Positions 25,413 through 36,180 of a DNA stretch of 64,000 nt are shown here, piece after piece (the stretch's first letter is position 1; every line of letters starts with the position of its first letter). Origin of the DNA: Sphyrna mokarran. Lineage: Eukaryota. The notes below the pieces were generated by a model that saw nothing but the letters and a program-made list of their open reading frames with translations, did not search any database and had not been told where the DNA came from. The stretch spans positions 12,276,001 through 12,340,000 of the forward strand of contig JAGIQG010000018.1 in the NCBI GenBank assembly GCA_024679065.1. The letters are read 5' to 3'. Position numbers and translations under genes: made by a program.

Positions 25413-26119
25413 GAATACAGAAAGCAAGAAAAGCTGATCAGCATATTCAAAAGTTGACCACCTCCCAGGATACTGCTTTCCAATCATCCCCAAATGCTAC
25501 AACAGCTCAGAATATGTGACAGTGGCAGCAATACACAAACAGTGGGATTGTTGGAACGTTTGCTGCAGATGTAGCCAAAGTTCAAGGACAAAAAACTAAA
25601 TTACAGAAAGGTGCATGTGTTGTAACAGTGAATTTTGGAATTATTGAAATGCTGATTGCAAGAAAATTATTTTAAAAGGCCATCTGATGAGATACTTTCT
25701 GGGTGACATATAGCTTCATTCTGCCTTTCGAACCAAAAATAATGCATCTTGGGACCGTTACAGATATTCTTTGGATTGAAGTCAGCTTTACTATGCCCAG
25801 TTACATTCATTTGGAATATCAGATCCATCAGGTTAATTTGTGAACAGGCGTCTTTTACCACAAACTTATCCGAACCAATGGAGAGCCTGACTTCCACAAG
25901 GTATGAATGCTTCAATAACCTAAAATTCCTATTCTGACTTGGTGATGAAGCTGCTTCAATTGAGAACAAGCTGATTTGCTTTCGTAAGTACTATCATTTG
26001 GAAGGGCATAGATTAATCAAGGACAGTCAGCATGAATTCAAGGGATGGTCATATCCATCTAATTTGACTGATCCTTTTATTGCTTTCCCAAAATATTCAA
26101 TGAGGGTACCAAGTTTAGT

Positions 26120-26298
26120 GGTAAGATCAGGCGTCAGATCAAGCCCAAGGTGGATGCAAAGCCATATCTCGGCAGCTTAGATCTTACGATTTGTCTCTCT
26201 TGTGGAGACCGTGAATTGGATTGTTAGATTTTGAAGTTCGTTTTTGGCGCAAACAAGGAGTGGATTTGTGTTTGCCTGGTCCACTCTGAGCATTGGCG
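26120..26298 (+). mobile_element. U2 snRNA-derived element, copy 2 (5'-truncated, followed by a V-SINE)
   Basis: taagatcaggcgt...gtttttggcgca...ggagtggat...ttgcctggtccactctgagcattggc is colinear with U2 and shares tgtgg(g/a)gacc(a/g)tgaattggatt with copy 1. Confidence 0.7.
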
Positions 26299-26299
26299 T

Positions 26300-26570
26300 G
26301 GGGTGACATGGTGGCAAAGTGATTAGCACTGCTGCCTCAGAGTGCAAGGGACTCGGGTTCAATTCCTGGCTTGGGTCACTGGGCGGAGTTTGCACATTAT
26401 CTATCTGCGTGGCTTTCCTCCGGGTGCTCTGGTTTCCTCCCTCATTCTGAAAGACGTGCTGGTTGGGTGCATTGACCCGAACAAGCGCTGGAATGTGGCG
26501 ACTGTGGGAATTTCACAGTAACTTCATTGCAGTGTAAATTTAAGCCTTATTTCTGACTAATAAATACACT
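26300..26570 (+). mobile_element. V-SINE, tail type 2
   Basis: ggtggcaaagtgattagcactgctgcctca head, ggtttcctccctca core, tttcacagtaacttcattgcagtg tail. Confidence 0.88.
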
Positions 26571-26941
26571 TCTAAAAATACTTCCAGCTTTGGAACTAAA
26601 ATATTTTTTAAAAATCTACACAGACTTTAGGAAGGCCTTTGAAAGGGTCCAACATGACAGAATAATCAGAAAAGTAAAAGCTGACAAGATTCTAGCCAGA
26701 GGCAAATTATTCCAAATTAGGCTATGCAGCAAAAAGCAAGGGTTTAATGGATGTTTTATGACTAGAAGTCTGTTTTCAGTGGGGCTTCTCGCTCCACTCA
26801 GGCCTCTTGCTTTATATGACATATATTGAAGAACTGGATTTAAATTTGGGGACATGATTCAGAGTTTGCAGGTGATATGCAAATTGTGATTGATGGTGAA
26901 TATACTTTCATTATGGCTGACTGAAATGGCCGAATGACTAA

Positions 26942-27261
26942 AGTATACTTGGTGACCACTTTTGTGCTCATGGAGATGGTGTATTTGGCCAGCACCTTCT
27001 GCAGCTTGAGGTGTGCCACTTGTTGTAGTTGAAGTGCGAGGCCTCAGAGGCGATGCACTTAAAGATGTTGGACACAAAAGAATTCATGACATTCATGACC
27101 TGGAACGAGATCTGGGTGGAATGGTGGGCCTGGGTCAGCACCCAGTACAAGTTGGTGGAATAGCACTGCTGGAGAGTTTTCCTCTGGGTCTTGGTGACTT
27201 AAGTTGGCGACTGCTTGGATGCCTTCTGTGATATGCTGCCCTTAGCCACAAACTCAGATAT
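26942..27261 (-). pseudogene. Histone H2B(-variant) pseudogene, intronless and decayed
   Basis: Translates to ISEFVAKGSISQKASKQSPT*VTKTQRK..YSTNLYWVLTQAHHSTQISFQVMNVMNSFVSNIFKCIASEASHFNYNK / LAKYTISMSTKVVTKYT, recognisable as the H2B fold and C-terminus; ATA at the likely start, in-frame TAA, internal deletion with frameshift. Confidence 0.9.
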
Positions 27262-27939
27262 TCTGCTCCTCTTCAACTGGCCAGAGATCAGGCACAGAAG
27301 ATAGCAATTGGATGAGTCAGGTGGGCAGAAAAGTGGCCAATGGAATTCATTCTGGAGAAGTGAGGGGTAATGAATTTGGGGAGGGAAAGCAAGGCAAGGG
27401 AATACACAACAAATGAGAGAAAACTGAAAAGAGTAGAGAAAGCAAGGGACTTGAGCGTATGCCCACATATTCCCAAAGAGTCAGTGCTTAAGATATAAAT
27501 GATCATCTTCTAAGAATAGAATAAAAGAGCAAGGAGATTCTTATAGAACCATACAAAACACTAGTTAGATTGCAACTGGAATACTGTGTAGAGTTTTCAT
27601 CATTGCATTCAAGGAAGAAGGTACAGAGAAGATTTATGATGGTGCTGTCAGGAATCATGAATTTTAGTTGTGTGCAAACAATGGATTGGATAGGGGTTGT
27701 TTTTGTTGGATCGGGGAGGCTGAGGGGAAATATGATTGCAATGCACAACTGTATAAATGGGCCTTGAGGAAGTGGGTACAAAGGACAGTATTTCCTTGAG
27801 CGATAACTTGGGGACTTCAATTTAAATTAGTTGTAGAAATATTCGAGGGGAATGGAGGAAAAGTTCTTTCACCCAGAAGCTGTTGAGGGTCTGAAATTGT
27901 GCCTGCAAAGGTATGAAGAGTAAGACACCTTCGCTGCAT

Positions 27940-28725
27940 TGTTATGATTCTAGACAATCCCATTGTTACAAACTGCATGTTAAACGGCAGGCACAACCAA
28001 GACAGATCTCCAGGTTTCTTAGTAACCCATCAAGACGTCAATGATCACAGTTATAAAAATTCTTTAAAATTTTGATTTACTCAAGCTATTTCAGCTTTTC
28101 TTCCTAAGAGCTTGGCCGATCCACAGATGACAGATTGACTGTAGTCAAGGACAAACCTCAAAGAGCAAAATATTTCAGATTTCTCTCAGGCGCACCCCAA
28201 GGCCCCGACCTCTTGGTCTTCTTTGACAAGTGAGGTGAACTACATCTAAGACTGCATGTTCATATATTGGCCAGGTTAAACTCCAATGCCAAAACGCTGA
28301 AACTTTCCTGAGCCAGGATGCTGCAAACAACCATTTCTGAGCTTCCCTGAAGTCTCGATCTCCTTAGCTGTACCAAGCAACTACCTCTACTGGGCCTGTG
28401 TGACCTAGCTCTCAGCTACAAATGCTGCCCCTGTGGCTCTGTGAATCAAAACTCCTTGCAGCAGAGTTGTCAACGGTTCCCAGATATTTTCTGAGCCCAG
28501 ACCTTCTGAAGCAGAGCTAATGGTAGCACATCAGATGCATGGTGCTCTGTTTTCTCTGAGGCTGCTCCCAACTGACCTGTCACGTGGGCTCACCTTTGCA
28601 CTGTAAAAACTGTCACCGCTGTTTCTGCCCCCTCTCCAAATAGGTTGCCTGTCCCTGTCCCCTGTTTGTACCAGAATACCCTGCATGCCATGAGCTGTAG
28701 TCCCAAAAACACACATTTCTTGACA
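27940..28725. mobile_element. Solo LTR (Gypsy/ERV-type), 786 bp
   Basis: TGTTA...TGACA termini, 4-bp TSD GCAT on both sides; its removal restores the host CR1 sequence gcat|ttaaaaatgatttggat. Confidence 0.75.
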
Positions 28726-28981
28726 GCATTTAAAAATGATTTGGATACGCTTTTGGAGGGCTGCAAGCTACAGGGATAAGTAGAGATGGAAGATATGATT
28801 CGGCTGGATAGTGTTTTTTGGTTGGCACAAACAAGATTGTTCCCTCCCCCTCTAATTTCTATGATTCTACATGGAGGATAAGTCTGGTTTAAAATCAAAA
28901 ACCTCTGGAACCAAATTCTGGTGAACATTCACATTAAGACCTGCTGTGCATTTCAAACGTTTTCTGTATTTCAAACCTTAT

Positions 28982-29142
28982 GTAGAGATGCCGGCACTGG
29001 ACTGGGGTAAACACAGTAAGAAATCTGACAACACCAGGTTTAAGTCCAACCGATTTATTTGATAGTAAACTCACACAAGAGTTTACTATCAAATAAATCG
29101 GTTGGACTTAAACCTGGTGTTGTCATACTTTTACTGTGTTTG
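28982..29142. mobile_element. Short Penelope-like fold-back insertion
   Basis: Perfect 47-bp inverted repeat (29026-29072 / 29079-29125) with 6-nt loop; TSD aaaccttat at 28973-28981 and 29143-29151; same terminal sequence as the 53775 insertion. Confidence 0.8.
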
Positions 29143-29757
29143 AAACCTTATAACAGAGGGCCACAAACACCATCGTTGATACTAATGACAAAGTTTAACA
29201 GAAATTTTCTGTTACATTTTGATGGAGGCATAATCTCATTAAAAGGTAGGTTAAAATTTCTGCTAAAATGGCTCATAGTAGTTTGCAGCACAATTATTCA
29301 TTAGCCGTTCATTAAAGATTTATCTTTCCATAGTAACTTAATTTACTGGACATGATGGCCAGCTGAAAAATTTAAAATGCATGATTGTGTGTCTGTGGGA
29401 AGAAGGGTATTGTGTGTTCTCAGGTGGACCTTACCAACTGCCTTCACTTCCTTATTAATAACTAATCTCATTCCTATTGCATGTTGGTCCTCTAAAACAG
29501 ACGCTGGGCATGCTCTCTTGCCCAGCTATTTCACAGGCCTTCCACCACCTCAGTCGAAGTGGAAAACAACTTGTGAAACTGCAGAATATAAGCCAGCCAC
29601 CGCACTCAGCAAAGACCAGCAGATCTATTCCACGTCACATTCTATCAAATTGGGTTTTTTTCTTGGTACTTTTTACTGTGCCTCAAATGAACTGGAACTT
29701 GACCTCATATGTGAAACATCTGGAATAGCACTGCACAGGATGGAAAGCTGATGTGAT

Positions 29758-30018
29758 TCTCAGCGCCAGGGACCCAGGTTAGATTCTCATCTTGGGTCAC
29801 TATGTGTTAGTTTGCATGTTTTCCCTGTATCTGGATGGATTTCTTCCGGGTGCTCTGCTTTCCACCCACAGACCAAAAGATGCATTGATTAGGTGCATTG
29901 ACTATGTTAAAATTCTCCTTCAGTGTACACGAACAGGGGCTGGAGTGTGGCAGCTAGGGGATTTTCACAGTAACTTCATTGCAGTGTTAATCTAAGCCTA
30001 CTTGTGACAACAATAAAT
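29758..30018 (+). mobile_element. V-SINE, tail type 2 (head partly missing)
   Basis: cagcgccagggacccaggtt...aagcctacttgtgacaacaataaa. Confidence 0.85.
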
Positions 30019-32280
30019 AGAATATACAAACTAAATACAACTAAGTATAAACTCCAAAAACCACCCTCCCCAACAAAACCAAACTTAGGTTAAAAACTGC
30101 ACACATCTACTGAGATGATGACTATAAAGAAGCAAGGCTAGACCAGAGGATTAGATAGTAACACAAGTGCTGTGGTTATTAGTTTGAGATCACCATCAAG
30201 TCATTTCAAGATTCTTCAGAGTCCATTTATCAGAATTGTTGATTGAAAAATGCATATTTCTACATGTTTCAGCGTCCATGGAGTTGGTCATTGAAATGAC
30301 ACTAAATAAATTATCAATACTTGTTTAATTTTATTACCAATCTTTGCTGCCAGACTAAAGTAAAACGAAGCTACAATAGCAGAAGATTGCCAACCAACAT
30401 ACCAAGTTGAGTAATGCTTTCTCCAGAATTAACCATGACAAGCTAATTCTGGCACAAAGTACTTGGCCAGATTTTGAAAAACAAAAATTGCTTTTGGAGG
30501 GCTCATTCAATAAGGGGAATGATAACACCTTGTCATGGAGTTGCAAGCTTAAATCTCATACTTCACAAACTTGGAGTGTCTGGCCAGCTAATCTGGATCC
30601 ATCCACAGATAAAGACATGAAACAAAGTGTCAAAAAATCATCTCACCTTCATCTAACACTTCAATATTAAAACCAGTTTGTGCTATCTCCTTCCCAAAGA
30701 GAATCACACTCAGTTAATTAAAGAAACAATTTTGAACAGAGCATAAAGCAACATTTATGGGAGCTATGCACTCCCATTAAAAAAAAGGAAGATTTTTATC
30801 ATTTGAAACAGGACAAATCCGCAGCTGCTGCATTAAGACATTTAAAATTCCACCACCATATGACAAATTTAGTGTAACTTAATAAATTAAGTAAAGTTCA
30901 TCACTACTTGCCATATTTTTCTTACAAACTCTGGCACTTTTATAAGCACAGTGATAGCAGGAATCAAATAAAGCCTGGAATGAATTTATGCCAGGGAACA
31001 TCCTGAACATTTCAAACCTAACTGCAACTAGAAACAGATTTAGTACAAGAATTGTGTTTGCTGCATTTTTACATAAACAGCATTCCAAAATGTTTCCAGG
31101 GACATATACTAAATAAACTTGCCTGTAAACTATTAGCTCATTTTTGCACTTTTCTGCTTATAGCTCAATGCCAACACCTGCAATTCCACTGTGCTAACTT
31201 TAATTTCAGTACTTCATTACATCGCATGCCAACTAATGTAAAAGATTCTGCCCCAACAAGTCTGTAAAAATATATTCCTTAAAGAACAGGAAGCAACTGC
31301 CTTCAATATTTAAAAAAAAAGCCTGCAACTCAGTTTCCGTTTGGCACTTTCATTCCACAGATTCCAAGATTTAACTTGCACTTGGCACATTTATCTAGGT
31401 CAGCATAACTTCCCCTTCAATGGTTTCCATGGCTACTGCCTTATAAATTGGATGTTTGGATGTCGGCCAGGAATTAACTTTCAGTGACTGTTTTTCCTGT
31501 TAGATTGAGTACCATGAGCATCTATAGGAATCATTCTGCATTTTCGATAACAAAATGTGCCAATCATATTTTTACAGAAACGATTACATACCCATCACTA
31601 AGTTTGCTCTGTTCTCAGCAGGACACATTCTGCAAAGAACGGGGACCGCAGGGGAAGGTAAAAATCAAGCATTTTTCCACACTGTTTTACAATGCAAGTT
31701 CAAGGATGCAAGTAATACGAAATCACAAAACAGTCATCCTTAATTCTTCGCTAAATAATCTGAACAGCAATTTGAAGTCTCTCCTTCCTTCAAATCTGCC
31801 CATGAAATTAGATCTTGAACCGATTTATCCTCAGACTGTCTCACAAAGCTTGAGTAAAGAGCAACTTGAGATTAATGGATTGGTATTTCGTTTTATTTTG
31901 GTGTAATATAGCTAAATGTAAGCAAGACAAAATTTGAAAAAATGTCCACAAAAGCCTCATAAGCCACATTACCCATTGTTCGGCACACATAAAACGGAAT
32001 CTGACTGGCTTCTCCTCTTCACTTTCTATATCACCACATTACATCTATGTTTTATAATGTGTTGAATGCTAAACACTTAATAATTTTGCCACGAGTGATG
32101 ATTGCAAAAGGTGCAAGCGCGCTATTTGTAACACAAGTGACAAACAGCACATTTAGGGAGGGTGCAGAGCCAATTTCAGAACTGAAATTCTTTGCTATTA
32201 TTAATACCCACCCCCCTACCCGTCCAAACCTGAGAGTCAGATTTTTCCAGTCCTGGAATCTCACATCAACACAGCCCCAC

Positions 32281-32295
32281 AGCACCATCTAGTGG
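32281..32295 (-). promoter_or_regulatory. CTCF-like motif CCACTAGATGGTGCT
   Basis: Close match to the CTCF core CCASYAGRKGGCRC in non-repeat sequence; motif only, no binding data. Confidence 0.5.
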
Positions 32296-33785
32296 GAATT
32301 CCTTACAACTTGGTCTGACATTTGTAAACCAAAAATGAAATACTTGCTTAAAATATCACAAAATAGTTGCTTATGAGTGGTAGTGAACTAATAATGTATT
32401 GCAAGTTATTCAAGTTAGTTGTAAAAATGCACTTCCAGTACAAATAGGAGACTATCTTCCCATATGTTTGCAGCATTTTATGTTCATTTCACTGAACTTT
32501 TAATCCAGTATTCCTGGTGGTGTCAACTAATTGTTTCTCCTGTCTGTCGAGTTCCATATCTCAGTTGTACTTGTTGAATGGGAAGGAGAGTCACTGAGCG
32601 TTGAATAAAGGTCATATTTCCTTTGCCAACAGAAATGTCACCACAAAACACTTTCACCAGCAGTAACGTCACAAAGTAGAGCACAAAATGCCAAAGATGC
32701 GAAAAAGGAAATGGGTCGAAATACAAAGCAGTGTACAGAACACACAAACTTGCTCGGAACCAAAGTCTGACATGCGCAATCAAAACTTCTAAAAAACTGC
32801 AATGTTATAATCTGATAGCAGCCTCAAAACATTACACATACTATTCATAAACCAGTTGAAGTTTTAAATTGATATTCCCCAATTCCAATTGTTTCAGTGC
32901 AAGCAGGAACAGAATCCAATGCAAACTAACTGCTCCAACTAACAGAATCCAACACTGCTAATTGCTTGGACAAAAAAACGTTCCCAGACTTGCACAGTTA
33001 TGATTACACTTGAAGTTTCATTCTGCTTCAGGCAATACAACATTCTACTTGTCAAATTATGTGCATTTTAGTCACAGTGCGTAGACTCAACTCAGACTTT
33101 ATTTCTTGACACAAAACGAGACATGTCTGTATGAAGCAAATAACCCCCTACCTGTTAGATAACTTAACAAGTAGGTACTAAATCCCCCTGTTGAAAAGCA
33201 TGTGTTTTCCCCGCACGACATTGTTCCCAATCACTTGCTTGGGAAATCCATTTCCTCTCTAAGTTGCATATGCCCCATCTTCCTGGCAACAAATTAATCC
33301 TCCTATAAGATACTTGTGATTATGTTCATGTAACATGTCAACTGCAGTTTTAACGACATTCTGACTTGATCTCAGAATGAGATGGCACACCCTTTTCTCC
33401 ATGATTGAATACTTCTCTCTTTTACTCATAATTTCACTAACGTCTTATATTACATTCATTCTTTCTGTACCAGCATTAGTGAAGTGTTAATTATTTGTCT
33501 ATGATACAATATATAGTTGAAAAAATAAAGCAGTTAAAGCACAATATGATTTAAGTTAACATTAAAAAATGATTTGATTTCTAGTTTTACCCTACAGAGG
33601 CACTGATTAATTCTAGTAAATCATACAGTGATGCAGTATTGACCTACAACTATTTTAATTATAGCTGGTAGTTAAGTTACGCAGCACATCGGGAGCAAAA
33701 TGAAATAACTGTCAATTACACATTTTCCAAGGCAAGGCACTAGGGAAATCTGCAGCAACAAACAGTAATCCTTATTAAGGAGATC

Positions 33786-33945
33786 AAAGAACAAAGAACA
33801 GTACAGCACAGCAAACAGGCCCTTCGGCCCTCCAAGTCTGTGCTGCTCATTGGTCCAACTAGACCATTCGTTTGTATCCGCCAATTCCCAGTCTGCTCAC
33901 GTGACTCTCCAGATAAGTCTTAAACAATGCCACTGTGTCTGCCTC
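33786..33945 (-). mobile_element. CR1 3' end fragment
   Basis: aaagaacaaagaacagtacagcacagcaaacaggcccttcggccc is the reverse complement of a CR1 tail with terminal repeats. Confidence 0.75.
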
Positions 33946-34209
33946 CTTATACCCAGAAAGGTATACAAAACAAACTGCATTTTGCAGACAGTATTTTTGA
34001 TTTAATGGCTGTATATTAATGGTGATTTTTAACATCTATGCCACCATTGCATATAACCTTGACTGGACATGACTCTGAAAAACACAATGGACGGTGTGAT
34101 GTCGAACTTTCAATGACTTAATCAGGTTAAAATTCTTCAAGCAATCAAATTTCATACATGCACACTTAAAGGGTGACTGTTCTTTTTTCAATAAGAAGCA
34201 GGTTCTTAC

Positions 34210-34288
34210 CTTTCGACACCGAGGGTTGGGACAGCTGAACATATTGATGTCTTTGTCCAGTAGTGCTGGAAAGTTGCAGAATGGGCAC
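34210..34288 (-). CDS. RNF216: RNF216 exon, 79 nt, IBR first half ([26 protein letters not shown])
   Basis: Matches human [26 protein letters not shown]; acceptor tcccag, donor gtaaga; phase 2-0; last exon found in the window. Confidence 0.97.
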
Positions 34289-34539
34289 CTGGGACAAACA
34301 ACGTGACATAAAACATAAATTTAACCAGTAAATATTCCACATATAAGTACATTTAATTATCCAGTCTTATTACTTAGTATTCAGCCAGCTAGATCCCAGA
34401 TTCACTTTCTGATTTGTGCTGCTCACTGATCTTAGGCAGAACAGCAGTGAGGGCAATTAATGTTGATATCAGCACATTAGAGAGAGAGATAGCCTAAGTT
34501 CAAAAAATGAAGATATCGAAGTGATTTGGGTTCAGTCAC

Positions 34540-36110
34540 TTTCAGGAGTGGTGTACAGGTTCCCAATTTCTAACTTTACAGTAGGATAGCATGTAAAGGA
34601 AGAAATATTGGAGCTTATCAGAAAGGTGTGGCAATAATCATGGGGATTTTAACTTATGTTCAGCCTGGAACCATCAGATGGGCAATGGTAGTGTAAAGGA
34701 GGGAGTTCATAGAATGTTACTGGGATAGTTTCTTACAACAGGACCTTCTGGAGCCAACTACAGTAAGACAGAATAAAATCAGAGAAAAAACACATAATAG
34801 TGCAAAGACTGGTGGCAAATCAGAAGATTGAATAAAATACGGGCAGCATGGTGGCACAGTGATTAGCACTGCTACCCCTCAGTGCCAGATCCCAGGTTCA
34901 ATTCCAGCCTTGGGTCACTGGCTGTGTAGAGTTTGCACGTTCTCCTTGTGTCTGCCTGGGTTTCCTTTGGGTGCACCACTTTCCTCCCACAGATCAAAGA
35001 TATGCAAGCTGAGGTTGATGAGTCGTGCTAAATTGCTCTTAATGTCCCAAGCATAGGTTACGGCAATTTGCTGGGTTAGGGGGACAGGGTCTGTTGGAGA
35101 GTTGGTGCAGACTCAATGGGCTAAATGGCCTCCCTCTGCACTGTAGGGATTCTATGAGAGAAAGCTACCTAAAAATATGAAAACAGATACGATTAATTTC
35201 TACTAATATTTAAACAAGAGAACCAAGTTAACTAAGTGAACATTGGTCCTATAAAAAGTGAATCAGAAGGAGTGCTAATGAAAAGCAGGGAAATGACAGC
35301 TGAACTGATCATAGACCATAGAACCCTACCGTGCAGAAAGAGGCTCTTCAGCCCATCGAGTCTGCACCAAACACAATCCCACCCAGAACTGAACAGATAT
35401 TTTGTACCAGTCTATGAAGGATACAAGTAACATCCCAAATAGCTGGGAATCAGGCAGGTAGAAACTCAGGAAAATTACAACTACCAGAGAAGCGGTACTG
35501 AGTAGATTTTTGGAGCTACGGGCTGACAAATGCTGATCCTGATGGACTTCATTTTCAGGGATTAAAAGTGGCTAGTAAAATATCAGTGCACCACTTTTGA
35601 TTTTCCGAAACTCTACTAAATTGGAAAATAGCAAATGTAATTCCTTTATTTATAAAGGGAGACTTAAAGCAAGAAATTACTATGTGCTAATTAGCTTAAT
35701 ATCTGTTGTGAGGAAATGTTAGAAAGTAACATTAAAGATGTCATATTAGGGCACTTCGAAAAATTCAACGCAGTTTTGTGAAGAGGAAATCACGTTTAAC
35801 CAATTTATTGCAGTGCTTTGAAGGAGTCACACGTGATGTGGATGAAGGGGATCTGATGGGTACACAGCATTTAGATTCCCTGAAGGCATGTGATAAGGGA
35901 CCTCATCAAAGGCTATTGCGGAAAATAAAAGTTTATGATGTAGAGGTTAACATACTGACATGGACAGAAGATTGGCTAGAATATAGGAAACAGTTGTCAG
36001 AAATTAATCTTTTTCTGGTTGGCAGGCTGTAAACAATGATGTGCCACAACAATCTGTGCTGGGGCCTCAACATTTATCATTTATATAAAGGGCTTGGATG
36101 AATATATGCT
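34540..36110 (+). mobile_element. Decayed CR1 ORF2 (endonuclease to RT) fragments with nested SINE
   Basis: atcatgggggattttaac (IMGDFN) and RKSRLTNLLQCFEGVT..LDSLKACDKGPHQRLL motifs. Confidence 0.75.
34841..35157 (+). mobile_element. V-SINE, HE1-like
   Basis: gggcagcatggtggcacagtgattagcactg...tgcactgtagggattctatg. Confidence 0.88.
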
Positions 36111-36180
36111 GGCAGACAAGGTCACTGAAAGAAAATTCATCCAGTTAAATGGAAGCAGAGCAATGAGCAATACATTGATG

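Larger units (their letters stand above)
25990..28868 (+). mobile_element. Decayed CR1 LINE ORF2 (RT to 3' end) hosting several nested insertions
   Basis: Colinear fragments LIKDSQH / YTDFRKAF / QLEYCV..KVQRRF / tail atttctatgattcta, separated by the U2-like element, V-SINE, H2B pseudogene and solo LTR. Confidence 0.8.

Noticed and set aside
31484-31906. 140-aa plus-strand ORF
   Set aside because: GTG start, no recognisable domain, composition like AT-rich intron
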